This document shows, piece by piece, positions 8,888 to 18,462 of a DNA stretch of 64,000 bases (position 1 is its first letter; each line of letters starts with the position of its first letter). Below the pieces are notes generated by a model. The model saw nothing but the letters and a program-made list of their open reading frames with translations, ran no database searches and was not told the DNA's origin. This stretch comes from Fibrobacteria bacterium (GTDB lineage: Bacteria; Fibrobacterota; Fibrobacteria; UBA11236). Location of the stretch: the NCBI GenBank assembly GCA_041746255.1, contig JBGTHM010000100.1, positions 1 to 64,000 on the forward strand, read 5' to 3'. Made by a program: the position numbers and the translations under genes.

Positions 8888-9858
8888 TACCGGAGCAGCC
8901 ATTGCCGAAGCGGGAAAGCGGCTCCGAGAGCGGCTGGGATGTCGCATACCTGGTATCGTGGCTGATATGCATCTCGGTTTTCATCGCCTTCATAGTGTGG
9001 GTGAAATCGGTGGATTACAGCATGTTGTCGCAACAAGTCGATTTGCAAAAACTTTCTCCACGAGTTTTGAAAATAATCTTACCCCCGAAATCGAAGACCC
9101 CCGACGCGGCTGAGCGGAAGGCGAAACTCGCGGCCGAAGCGAAGGCGAAACAATCCGCTCCCGCCGACTTGGCCGTGCGGATACAGAAGGCGCGCGAGAG
9201 CGTTCAAGAAAACATGCAACAGGCCCAGGAACGGGTAACCAAAGCGGCGGTCCTGAGCATCCTTACCGGCAAAGGCCCGAGCAAAAAAGGAGGCGAAGCC
9301 GGTGGGAAATTGAAGAAGGCCGGCTTCGGTGATTGGGACGATTTGAACAAACGTTTGGAGACTCTCGAAGGGCTTACCCGTTACGATGCCAAGCAGGGGT
9401 CGCAAAACCGGGACGGCGTCCGGCCCAGTGCTACGGAGGGGAGCGCCGCCACCCTCACCGATTTGGTTCGGGGATTCGAGGACGCCAAGGTAGGAGCTTT
9501 GAAGAAAATCGGAGACCTCAAGGTCGAGAAACCGGAAATCCTCACCTCCGGTCATCAGGGAGGCAATCGCGATCCGGCGCAAATGTCCGCTTTCATCAAT
9601 CAAAGACAGGCCTCGATTTCGATGCTCTACGAGGAGAGGCTTAAAATCAATCCTTCCATGGAAGGAAAAGTAACCTTGTTAATCGTGATCGAAGCGGACG
9701 GAAGAGTCTCGACGGTTCGAGTCGTTCCGGGAGAAACGACCCTCAAAGATACCGCATTTCACGAGGCGCTCATGCGGAGAATCCGCAATTGGAGATTCCC
9801 AACCACGCAGGGCGGGGCCGTGGAAATAAAATCGCCATTCGTGTTCAGGCCGGTTTAG
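8884..9858 (+). CDS. TonB/TolA-like energy transducer with AgmX/PglI (GltG/GltJ-like) C-terminal domain
   Basis: N-terminal TM, Lys/Ala/Gly-rich linker, C-terminal YEERLKINPSMEGKVTL...IRNWRFP...PFVF. Confidence 0.85.
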   Translation: MIPEQPLPKRESGSESGWDVAYLVSWLICISVFIAFIVWVKSVDYSMLSQQVDLQKLSPRVLKIILPPKSKTPDAAERKAKLAAEAKAKQSAPADLAVRIQKARESVQENMQQAQERVTKAAVLSILTGKGPSKKGGEAGGKLKKAGFGDWDDLNKRLETLEGLTRYDAKQGSQNRDGVRPSATEGSAATLTDLVRGFEDAKVGALKKIGDLKVEKPEILTSGHQGGNRDPAQMSAFINQRQASISMLYEERLKINPSMEGKVTLLIVIEADGRVSTVRVVPGETTLKDTAFHEALMRRIRNWRFPTTQGGAVEIKSPFVFRPV

Positions 9859-9867
9859 GAGTTCATT

Positions 9868-10773
9868 ATGAAGACACTCAGTATGGGTTGGTTCCGATTT
9901 CTCGCGCTGCTGGCGGTCTGTTCTTTTCCGGCCTTCGGCGCCGTCATCAAGGCGGGCATGACCCTGAACATTATCGTGAAAAACGATCCGCAACTTTCGC
10001 AAATCGTCAAGGTACAGGAGAACGGGACCCTGGAATATCCCCTTTACCAGGATGTGTCGGTGATTGATAAGACCACCAGCGAGTTACAGGACATTCTTAC
10101 TTTCCGGTTGGCCAGGGTCATCGAATCCCCGCTGGTGCTTGTGAGTATAGTCACCGAAGTTCCCCTACAAATTTACGTACTGGGTCAAGTGCCCAAACCG
10201 GGAATGGTAAGCGTATCGCCGCGGGCGAGCTTACAGGAAGTGTTGCAGGCCGCGGGAGGCCCTTCGGAGCATGCCGATCTGGAAAAGGTGAAGGTTGTCC
10301 ATAGGAATCAGGGAGACGAAAGCGCCAGCTATTATAACCTGCAGAAATTCCTCACCGTTGGAGACCTGGCCTTGCTGCCTACTCTGCGGGACGGAGATCG
10401 AATCATTGTTTTGGCCTCGAAAAGTTCCAAATACGTCAAGGTGCTGGGAGCGGTTTCCAAGCCGGGCTTCTATACACTCAACGAAAGCGCCTCGGTTTTC
10501 GATATGTTGTATCTGGCCGGAGGGCCGAGCGCGGACGCCAACCTTACGAAAGTACGCGTTATGGGCCAACGCGGAGGCCAGTCAGCCGATTTTATGCTGG
10601 ACCTGCAGCGGTTTATCGACGAGGGGGGCACCGAAAAACTTCCCTTGCTGTCCCAAGGCGATGTTATAATCGTCTATAATAAGACACTTACCTGGTCGAA
10701 AAGTTTGACGGTGTTACGGGACATTGTCACCATCGTAACCGCGTGGTTCGTAATATCCCGATTGCTGGATTAA
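9868..10773 (+). CDS. wza: Polysaccharide export (OPX/Wza-like) protein with SLBB repeats
   Basis: Poly_export region (VQENGTLEYP), two VLGxVxKPG...AGG SLBB repeats, amphipathic C-terminal helix. Confidence 0.88.
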   Translation: MKTLSMGWFRFLALLAVCSFPAFGAVIKAGMTLNIIVKNDPQLSQIVKVQENGTLEYPLYQDVSVIDKTTSELQDILTFRLARVIESPLVLVSIVTEVPLQIYVLGQVPKPGMVSVSPRASLQEVLQAAGGPSEHADLEKVKVVHRNQGDESASYYNLQKFLTVGDLALLPTLRDGDRIIVLASKSSKYVKVLGAVSKPGFYTLNESASVFDMLYLAGGPSADANLTKVRVMGQRGGQSADFMLDLQRFIDEGGTEKLPLLSQGDVIIVYNKTLTWSKSLTVLRDIVTIVTAWFVISRLLD

Positions 10774-10775
10774 GT

Positions 10776-12911
10776 ATGAGCAGAGGATTCCGCAAAGAAT
10801 TAGGCTTGGCAGACTATTTCGAAGTTCTGGCCCGGAACAAGTGGATTATCCTTTTCACCATTTTCGCTTTTACGGCCCCGACCTGGTATTTCGTACAAAG
10901 TATTCCCGACCGATATATCGCCACCAGCCAATTGGTGATGGACGACAGGCAGGAAACCTTTCTCTCCCTGGGAAACATCGGAGGGAAAAAGAATCTCAGC
11001 TATTACCGCACCATTCTCCAAAGCCAAGCCTTCGCCCAAAAGGTCGTAGCACCATTGCAGGACCGGTTTAGGGATGCGGGCATAGGGAATCCCTCCGCTT
11101 TCGTCAGGGAGCGCCTGACGATTACCGAGGGCAGTTCGCCTTCCTTTCTTTCGGTGAAGGCCGATTCGCCGCAACCCAACCTTAGCCATGCTCTAGCCAT
11201 CACCGCAACCGACAGCCTGGTGGTTTTCTGCCGGCGGGTGGAAAATGACGAGGCCGCCAATACGGTGCTGGCCATACAGGAACAAATTGAAATCTGCATA
11301 CTCAAGCGCGATGAGATTGAAGAGCAACGGCGGCAATTGACCGACGTTTCCAAATTAGGCGTTAAAGGCGACATGGAAGGCCTCAAGGCCTTGGAGCATA
11401 GCTATCAACAGGAGTTGGTCAAATTCGAATTAGAGAAAGCCAGCCTGGAGGCGCAGAAGATTTTTTTCAATTCGCTGGACAAGACCATTAATAAGCCTTC
11501 CAACAGCGCCAACGAAGGCCGACTGGCGGAACTCCGGCAGAAGCTCCGCTCCTTGGAAACGGAGAAGGATAAAATGCTCCGACTGGGCGTGCCTGTCATT
11601 CCGGACAGCAAATTGAGCCGGGACATCCAGGCGGCCGAAGAGGAAATCGTCAGGCTGAGCAAAACCAATGTGGTCACCGACGTAAGCATGCTGAGACAAT
11701 GGCAATCCACACGCAGGGAAATCCAGTCCGGCGAAGGCGACTTGATGCTGAAACAAGCCCGCCTGACGGCATTTAAAAGCGCAATCGTGGGCTATCGCAA
11801 GAACCATCCCGATCTGGGAAAACACGAGTTGGAGGTCCAACAGTTGGATAACCTCCTGGACCGGTATACCCAAACCCATCGACGCCTGACCGAGCGCCTG
11901 GAAGACGCCGTTATCATCATGCAGTCGAAATCGGGAGGGATCAAAGTTGTGGACAAGGCCGTCGTCCCGACCACTCCCGTTTCCAAAAAGGATTACATCT
12001 ATTATTTGCTGGCTTTGGTTATCGGCACGGGTGTGGGGGTATCGTTGGGTTTGCTGCGCGAATTCATGGACGACAGCGTGAAAGGTCCCGAAGACGTGGA
12101 AAAAGAAATGGCGCTCTCCCTGTTAGGCACCATACCCCATATCATCCCCAAGAAAACCGATTTGGAAATCCGCCGCAGCATTCCCGGCGCGAAGCACCAG
12201 CGCTTGCGAAACCGCTATCCGGAACTCATCATGCGCGCTCAAGGCCAGGAAAGCATTATCGCGGAAGCCTATCGCTCCCTGCGTACCAACATCGTCTTCG
12301 CGAGTCCCGACAAACCCGTGCGCACCATGCTGATAACCAGCAGCGGTCCCAGCGAGGGCAAATCGCTCACCATGTGCAATACCGCCTTGTCGTTTTCCCA
12401 TCAAGGCGAGCCTACTCTCATCGTCGACACGGATCTCCGAAGACCCGTCTGCCACCACCTGTTCGGAATGGAGCGAGGACCCGGATTCGGGGAGTTTTTC
12501 GCGGGTACTTGCACGTTGGAAGAAATCGTACGCGAGGTTCCGGGAACCAATTTGAAAATCATCACCGCGGGAGCGCATACTCCAAGTCCCGCCGAACTGC
12601 TTTCGTCCCATAAAATGGATCTCATGATCGCCGAACTTAAAAAATCCTTCCAATATATTTTCTTCGATACGCCTCCCGTCATCGCGGTGACCGACGCCTG
12701 CATCCTGGCCACCAAAGTGGATGGCGTGATGCTGGTGACCCGGGCGGGAATAACCCGCATGGGCGCCGCGGAAAGGACGCTGCAATCGCTCCGCAACGTC
12801 AAGGCGCGCGTGTTGGGATGCATTCTCAATGACATCGACCTGAATAAAGGCCGCGGTTCTTACGGTTACTATAAGAACTACTATCACCACTACCTCGCCA
12901 AAAAGGACTGA
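10776..12911 (+). CDS. wzc: Polysaccharide co-polymerase / BY tyrosine kinase
   Basis: Two TMs flanking a coiled coil; EAYRSLRTN, Walker A SSGPSEGKS, DTDLRRP, FDTPP, Tyr cluster YGYYKNYYHHY. Confidence 0.95.
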   Translation: MSRGFRKELGLADYFEVLARNKWIILFTIFAFTAPTWYFVQSIPDRYIATSQLVMDDRQETFLSLGNIGGKKNLSYYRTILQSQAFAQKVVAPLQDRFRDAGIGNPSAFVRERLTITEGSSPSFLSVKADSPQPNLSHALAITATDSLVVFCRRVENDEAANTVLAIQEQIEICILKRDEIEEQRRQLTDVSKLGVKGDMEGLKALEHSYQQELVKFELEKASLEAQKIFFNSLDKTINKPSNSANEGRLAELRQKLRSLETEKDKMLRLGVPVIPDSKLSRDIQAAEEEIVRLSKTNVVTDVSMLRQWQSTRREIQSGEGDLMLKQARLTAFKSAIVGYRKNHPDLGKHELEVQQLDNLLDRYTQTHRRLTERLEDAVIIMQSKSGGIKVVDKAVVPTTPVSKKDYIYYLLALVIGTGVGVSLGLLREFMDDSVKGPEDVEKEMALSLLGTIPHIIPKKTDLEIRRSIPGAKHQRLRNRYPELIMRAQGQESIIAEAYRSLRTNIVFASPDKPVRTMLITSSGPSEGKSLTMCNTALSFSHQGEPTLIVDTDLRRPVCHHLFGMERGPGFGEFFAGTCTLEEIVREVPGTNLKIITAGAHTPSPAELLSSHKMDLMIAELKKSFQYIFFDTPPVIAVTDACILATKVDGVMLVTRAGITRMGAAERTLQSLRNVKARVLGCILNDIDLNKGRGSYGYYKNYYHHYLAKKD

Positions 12912-12938
12912 ACAGGGCCTGGGTCCCAGGCGAAACGC

Positions 12939-14543
12939 ATGGAAGCGATCCGGAGAATCATCGGAAACATAGGGCATGCCTTGGCCTCTCAGGCGATGAA
13001 CTTGAGCTTGGGTCTGGTGGCCTCCATTGTCCTGGCCCGTACCCTCGGCCCCAACGATCTGGGTATTTTCCACCAGGTGCAATGGTTTGCCGGGACGGTC
13101 TCCGTAATCATCTCGCTGGGATTCATCACCTCAGTCACCAAATTCACGGCGCAATACCGCGGCAAGGGAGATGCGGCCACGCTGACGGCGGTCATTCGCT
13201 TCATACTCTATTTTGAAGTCGCGGTGGCGGCGGCGACAACCATCGCCCTCCTGTTTTTCGCCACGGCCATCGCCACCCACTATTTCTCACCCGATCAAAC
13301 CTTCCTGTTCAAGCTTTCCTTTCTCGCGATTACTCCGGGCATCGCCACCGCCGTCTTCTCGGCTGCGCTGGAAGGCGCGCAGGTATTCCGCTATCAAAGT
13401 CTGCAGGCCTTCACCGTCACCCCGCTTTCACTTGGATTGAAAATCGCGTTGATGCTGGGGGGATACGGAATCGAATCCCTGCTTTGGAGCAATCTGCTTT
13501 TCTCTTTCGTGAACCTGATTTTCTATTTTTTCGCAGCCCGAAAAGAGGGTCTTTTGAAAGACTGGCTCGGCCGTGTAAAAGCCGATGGGGGGTGGCGAAG
13601 CGAACTCTTCCGTTTCAACCGTTCCGTAACCGGAATCCATTTCATCGATTTGTTGGTCTGGTCGCGTTCTGAAAATTATTTTCTGGGCCGTTATTGCCAG
13701 GCTCCCCAAATCGCCTATTATAATCTCGCCCAAAACCTGATCGCACGGTTCACGTCCTTTTTGCCGGGATTAGTTTGGAAGATTCTGCTTCCGCTGTCCT
13801 CGGAACAACACGGCCGCAACGAAAACGCCAAAATGTTCCGCACCTATACCGCCGCGTTGCGCTATACAGCCGCCTTCACCATGCCCGGAATCGTAATCTG
13901 CTTCGTTTGCGCTTACGAGTTGGTCGTCATTCTTTTCGGCATCGAATACGCTCCGGTTAAAACCTCTTTCCGGATTCTTTGCGTGGGAGCGCTGTTTTCT
14001 TCCCTGGCCCAACCCTCGTCCGCAGCCATCTACGCCACCAACAGACAGGCTTTCATTTTGCGATATGGTTCCTTTCTCGCGGTGTTGAACATCGCCCTGA
14101 ACATATGGCTTATCCCCAAACACGGCGCCACGGGCGCTTCGGTATGTTACGCCGTCGTAACCACCATGGGCGTGGTAGGCGGTTTCATCTACGCCCGGCT
14201 AAGTATGGCATTCGGAGTTCCCTGGTTCTCCTGGTTGAAAATCGGACTTAACGCCGTTACCATGGGTATTTGCCTTTGGCTGCTAATCAGCCTCGACTTG
14301 GAATTTTTCCGGCTTTTCGAACCCTGGCAAAATTGGCTTGAGCAAAATACCGGTTACCGATTCGACGTATTTCTAGGCAAGCGCGCCGTTCGCTTGGTCC
14401 TGGCCTGCTGCATATCGCTTGGGCTTTACGTCGGCCTATGCTTCATGATGTTCCATCCCCAAGCGGATGACGATAAAATATTGGATGCCCTGCAACTAGC
14501 CATTCCCTGGCTTCCCATTCGAAAATTTATCCGTAAGCCATAG
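12939..14543 (+). CDS. wzx: Oligosaccharide flippase
   Basis: Multi-TM; LARTLGPNDLG MOP-family start; position in polysaccharide cluster. Confidence 0.88.
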   Translation: MEAIRRIIGNIGHALASQAMNLSLGLVASIVLARTLGPNDLGIFHQVQWFAGTVSVIISLGFITSVTKFTAQYRGKGDAATLTAVIRFILYFEVAVAAATTIALLFFATAIATHYFSPDQTFLFKLSFLAITPGIATAVFSAALEGAQVFRYQSLQAFTVTPLSLGLKIALMLGGYGIESLLWSNLLFSFVNLIFYFFAARKEGLLKDWLGRVKADGGWRSELFRFNRSVTGIHFIDLLVWSRSENYFLGRYCQAPQIAYYNLAQNLIARFTSFLPGLVWKILLPLSSEQHGRNENAKMFRTYTAALRYTAAFTMPGIVICFVCAYELVVILFGIEYAPVKTSFRILCVGALFSSLAQPSSAAIYATNRQAFILRYGSFLAVLNIALNIWLIPKHGATGASVCYAVVTTMGVVGGFIYARLSMAFGVPWFSWLKIGLNAVTMGICLWLLISLDLEFFRLFEPWQNWLEQNTGYRFDVFLGKRAVRLVLACCISLGLYVGLCFMMFHPQADDDKILDALQLAIPWLPIRKFIRKP

Positions 14544-14550
14544 GAAAAGC

Positions 14551-15711
14551 ATGCGGTTCGTGTTCATAGATCCAGAGCCTCCAACCGCTACCGGGGGAGG
14601 CATCCGTACCTATTTGCGCCTGATGGAAAGTCAGTTGTTGCGCTCGGGCCATGCTTGCATCATTTTTTCGCATACTCCCCAGGCCTATGCAGGCGATGCC
14701 CGCGCCATCGGCCGCCTCCCCTACCTTCCCCGGCTGCTGCGCATGCCGGCCTACCGCTGGCTGCATGCGGAGGTGGTGCTGACGGAACAATCGCGTTGGC
14801 TGCGGGAAGAGCTCCTACCTTTATGCGATGGCCAAACTCTCTTCGAGTTCGCCGATTTTCTGGGCTATGCCTTCTTTCCCTTACGGAATTCAAGGCTACG
14901 GAAATTTATCGTGGTTCGCGTGCATACCCCCGCCTTTCTGATCCCCTTCGGTAGACAGGGAATCGCGAGCTCTTGCGAGCGCATGCTTTGTTCACGCAGG
15001 GAACGTTGGGTGCTAAGACGGGCCCAGACCTTGACCGCTCCATCGCGAGCATTCATGCAGGAGAAACTTCCCGGGTTCCCGAACTTCCGTTACCTTCCCA
15101 ATCCCCCTCCCCAGTCGGAAAACCCTGCTCCAACAAACCCTCCCCAGGAGCGTTACACTTTCCTTTACCTTGGCCGCATGGAACCCCGCAAGGGCACGCA
15201 TATCCTGCTTTCGGCATTCGAGGAACTGCTGGAGTCTCGGCCACAAGCCCGGTTGACCCTTGCCGGTGAGGGAGGTGATAGCCTTTATGGGAAAACCCTC
15301 ATGGAATCGGTGAATCGGTGGCCCGCATGGAAAAAGGATCGGGTGCAATGGTTACCCGGTCAATCCCCCGCCGAGGTGACACGTATGTTGGGTGAACATG
15401 CTTTTCTGGTAACCCCTTCCTTATGGGAAAACAGCCCCTATGTTTTTTTCGAGGCCATTTCCGCTGGACGGGTCTCCATCGGAACACTTACAGGCGAAAT
15501 GGGTTCGATATTGGAGGAATGCGACTCGCCACGCGCGACTCCGGGTAATATCGCTTCATTGACGACCGCAATGGAAACGGTTTTAAGCCCACAGTTTGGC
15601 TATGCCGAACATTCCCGGCTGCAGAAAAAAGCGATGGGCCATCGGCAGAGCCGGGCTGTGCAAGGATTTTTCGCATTGGCCGGGGAAATAGTGGATACCC
15701 GGGAACCATGA
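14551..15711 (+). CDS. Glycosyltransferase family 4
   Basis: GGGIRTY, YLGRMEPRKG, PSLWENSPYVFFEA. Confidence 0.9.
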   Translation: MRFVFIDPEPPTATGGGIRTYLRLMESQLLRSGHACIIFSHTPQAYAGDARAIGRLPYLPRLLRMPAYRWLHAEVVLTEQSRWLREELLPLCDGQTLFEFADFLGYAFFPLRNSRLRKFIVVRVHTPAFLIPFGRQGIASSCERMLCSRRERWVLRRAQTLTAPSRAFMQEKLPGFPNFRYLPNPPPQSENPAPTNPPQERYTFLYLGRMEPRKGTHILLSAFEELLESRPQARLTLAGEGGDSLYGKTLMESVNRWPAWKKDRVQWLPGQSPAEVTRMLGEHAFLVTPSLWENSPYVFFEAISAGRVSIGTLTGEMGSILEECDSPRATPGNIASLTTAMETVLSPQFGYAEHSRLQKKAMGHRQSRAVQGFFALAGEIVDTREP

Positions 15712-16940
15712 AAATAGCCATCATCTCCCGGGAATATCCTCCGGAAACCCATATCGGAGGCATCGCGACCTATAGCCGGATTGCCGCGGAATTGCTGGCC
15801 CGGCATGGCCACGAAGTCCATGTGCTTTGCAATGGAAAAATAGGTTCCCGAAAAATCCAGGCAGGCGTGGAGGTGCATCGAATTCCCATGGGACCGCATG
15901 CCCTTCCCCAGGGAAGATTCTGGTACCGTTTCCGATCTTTATACCGTCGATACCTACCCGTGTATTTGGAGACGCGCACCTGGGCAACCACCCTGTTGGA
16001 GTATGTCACCACCCAATTCGATTTAAGCGGCTTCGACGCGTTGGAATACCCGGAGACGCATGCCGAGGGATTGCTGGTGGCGCAGCGCTTATCCGGCTTG
16101 CGCAAAATCTGCCGTATCCATTCTTCCTGGTTGGACGAATATCCAGCGAATTTTCTGGAAGCGCGTTTGTTACTGCGCTGGCAGAAATCCGGATGCGAAG
16201 CAGCCGATCGGGTAGTGAGCCCCAGTCGATATATGATTGGAAATTATGCGAAGAACAGACTGGGATTTTCAGGAACCGTGGAATATTCCCCCAATCCCTT
16301 GCAGTTTTGGAAGCAGCCCATCGACTGGAATTCCAAGGCGGTGAATCACCTCCTTTTCGTCGGCCGCGTAGAGCACCGCAAGGGTTTGCACATTCTCCTC
16401 AAAGCCTTGGAATCTGCGCCCGCACAAGCCGGCCTTGTTCTCCGAATAATCGGCGCGCCGGCCCCCGGAGATACCGAACCGGACCGGCGCTGCCTGGAAA
16501 GTTTCCGGCGAGCCGAATCCCAAGGGATTCCCGGTGTCAGAATGGAATACCTGGGAGCGATACCTCATGAAGATTTACCCCGCCATTACGATTGGGCGGG
16601 CATCGTGGTAATGCCGACGCTAATGGACAACTACCCCTACGTTGCCCTGGAAGCGCTTTCGCGCGGTTGCCATGTCCTGGGAAGCCGTGTAGGCGGCATG
16701 CCCGAAATAATTTCCGAATCGGGGGCAGGCGGGTTATTCGAACCGGAAAACAGCGCACAACTGGCTCAAAAAATAGGAGAATGTCAAGAAAGCGGAGAAA
16801 GGATTCTCTCGGAGGCCAAGGAGCATGCGGAGCGATTCCATGCGCGTTATTCCGAAGTTATCGCCTACCGCCGGCTCTTATCTCTATTCGGAGGGCAATC
16901 TGACCCGCACAACCTACCAGGTGGTGAAAAGAGGAATTGA
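15708..16940 (+). CDS. Glycosyltransferase family 4
   Basis: SREYPP...GGIATY, FVGRVEHRKG, DNYPYVALEA, SRVGGMPE. Confidence 0.92.
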   Translation: MKIAIISREYPPETHIGGIATYSRIAAELLARHGHEVHVLCNGKIGSRKIQAGVEVHRIPMGPHALPQGRFWYRFRSLYRRYLPVYLETRTWATTLLEYVTTQFDLSGFDALEYPETHAEGLLVAQRLSGLRKICRIHSSWLDEYPANFLEARLLLRWQKSGCEAADRVVSPSRYMIGNYAKNRLGFSGTVEYSPNPLQFWKQPIDWNSKAVNHLLFVGRVEHRKGLHILLKALESAPAQAGLVLRIIGAPAPGDTEPDRRCLESFRRAESQGIPGVRMEYLGAIPHEDLPRHYDWAGIVVMPTLMDNYPYVALEALSRGCHVLGSRVGGMPEIISESGAGGLFEPENSAQLAQKIGECQESGERILSEAKEHAERFHARYSEVIAYRRLLSLFGGQSDPHNLPGGEKRN

Positions 16941-17511
16941 CATTGTAGGCGCCCTCTTCGGGCTGGTCCTCCTATTTTTACTGTTTCCCTTCGTCGCGCT
17001 GGCCATCAAATTGAACTCGCGTGGCCCTGTCTTATTCGTGCAGACACGGGTGGGAAGATATGGTCAGCGCTTCAAGTTCATCAAGTTTCGCACCATGCAT
17101 GTTCGCGCCCACTTGCGGCAATGGGATCTGGATAACCTCAACGAGGCCGGATCGGTGACTTTCAAGATGACGTCCGACCCCCGTATTACCGCCGTGGGTA
17201 GATACTTGCGCCGAACCAGTATCGATGAAATGCCTCAGTTTTGGAATGTGCTCATGGGAGAAATGTCCCTGGTAGGCCCCCGTCCTCCGCTGCTGCGCGA
17301 AGTCCCTCAATACGACGACTTGCAAAAAGTACGCATGAGCGTTCCCCAAGGCATGACGGGGTTATGGCAAGTGCGTGGACGTTCGCTCCTGCATTTCAGC
17401 GATATGATCGATCTCGACGTCTACTATGCGCTGAACCCCTCCCTGAGCCTGGACTTCCGTATCATGATGGCCACGCTACCCGCTGTCCTGTGCGGGCGGG
17501 GCGCCTACTAG
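16825..17511 (+). CDS. Priming undecaprenyl-phosphate sugar-1-phosphate transferase (small form)
   Basis: KRGIDI, KFRTM, DPRITAVGRYLRRTSIDEMPQFWNVLMGEMSLVGPRP, GMTGLWQV; start uncertain. Confidence 0.93.
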   Translation: MRSDSMRVIPKLSPTAGSYLYSEGNLTRTTYQVVKRGIDIVGALFGLVLLFLLFPFVALAIKLNSRGPVLFVQTRVGRYGQRFKFIKFRTMHVRAHLRQWDLDNLNEAGSVTFKMTSDPRITAVGRYLRRTSIDEMPQFWNVLMGEMSLVGPRPPLLREVPQYDDLQKVRMSVPQGMTGLWQVRGRSLLHFSDMIDLDVYYALNPSLSLDFRIMMATLPAVLCGRGAY

Positions 17512-17517
17512 AATTTT

Positions 17518-18462
17518 ATGCCGAATATCAGCCTGGCTTTGGTCACTTACAACCAAATCGATTACCTGAGGCAATTCGTGTCAAATTATTTAAGGCATTG
17601 TCCCCTGGGTAAGGTACCGTTGCTCGTGGTCAATGACGGATCAACCGACGGAACCCGCGACTATCTGGATTCCTTACAAAATCCCCATATGGTAATCTTG
17701 CATTGCCCGCATGTATCGATAGCCCATGCCCGGAATCATGCCCTGAAAAACGCATCTACTGCCTGGCTGGCGTTCTCCGACACCGACTGTCGCTTGGATT
17801 CGGACTATTTCGAAAAACTCGTGGATATTCCGCATCTGTTTCCGGATTGCGCGGCGGTCGAAGGCGCAGTCCACCCTCCGATTGGATTGCGTCCTCCCTT
17901 CTGCCACTTCCTGACCAACTTACAGGGAGGAATGTACGTCACCGCCAATATGGTTTTCAGCGTGGAGGCAGCCCGACGCATCGGAGGTTTCGATGAGGCC
18001 TTTGCGAATTATCGGGAGGACGTGGATTTGGGCCTGCGCCTTTTGGAAAATGGCGGCAGCATACCCTTCTGTTCCGAGTTACGGATTATCCACCCGTATA
18101 TCCCGCGCGGATTTTTCCGTTCGCTGTTGGAGGCCTTCACTCATATTCCCCGCTTGGTCGAATCCGAACTACGGCTTTATCGGAAACACCCGACAACCTA
18201 TTCCCGGGTGCGCCACCATCCGGATTTCCGCAGCACCCTGCACACTTGGTGCACGCGCCAGACCTGGATGGCCTTTCGCGACTGCCGACGCTTTTTTCGA
18301 GATCGGACGGCGCTTCCATCGGAAGCCCCACGAGACCTATCGCTACCGCGAATGGTAATGAAATGCATGCAAGCCCTCACGGTCGCCCTCGCGGAACAAG
18401 TCGGTTTTACCTTACAGTTATTGGGCAGATGGAAAAGCGTGGTCGTAGGCGGTCGAACATGA
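17518..18462 (+). CDS. Glycosyltransferase family 2
   Basis: VVNDGSTDGT, ARN, FSDTD (DxD), GGFDE, EDVDL. Confidence 0.92.
   Translation: MPNISLALVTYNQIDYLRQFVSNYLRHCPLGKVPLLVVNDGSTDGTRDYLDSLQNPHMVILHCPHVSIAHARNHALKNASTAWLAFSDTDCRLDSDYFEKLVDIPHLFPDCAAVEGAVHPPIGLRPPFCHFLTNLQGGMYVTANMVFSVEAARRIGGFDEAFANYREDVDLGLRLLENGGSIPFCSELRIIHPYIPRGFFRSLLEAFTHIPRLVESELRLYRKHPTTYSRVRHHPDFRSTLHTWCTRQTWMAFRDCRRFFRDRTALPSEAPRDLSLPRMVMKCMQALTVALAEQVGFTLQLLGRWKSVVVGGRT

Noticed and set aside
12123..13082. Long antisense and alternative-frame ORFs (this one, 35111-36058, 32832-33737, 50906-51886 and others)
   Set aside because: Shadow ORFs of well-supported genes in GC-rich DNA, with no recognisable motifs.
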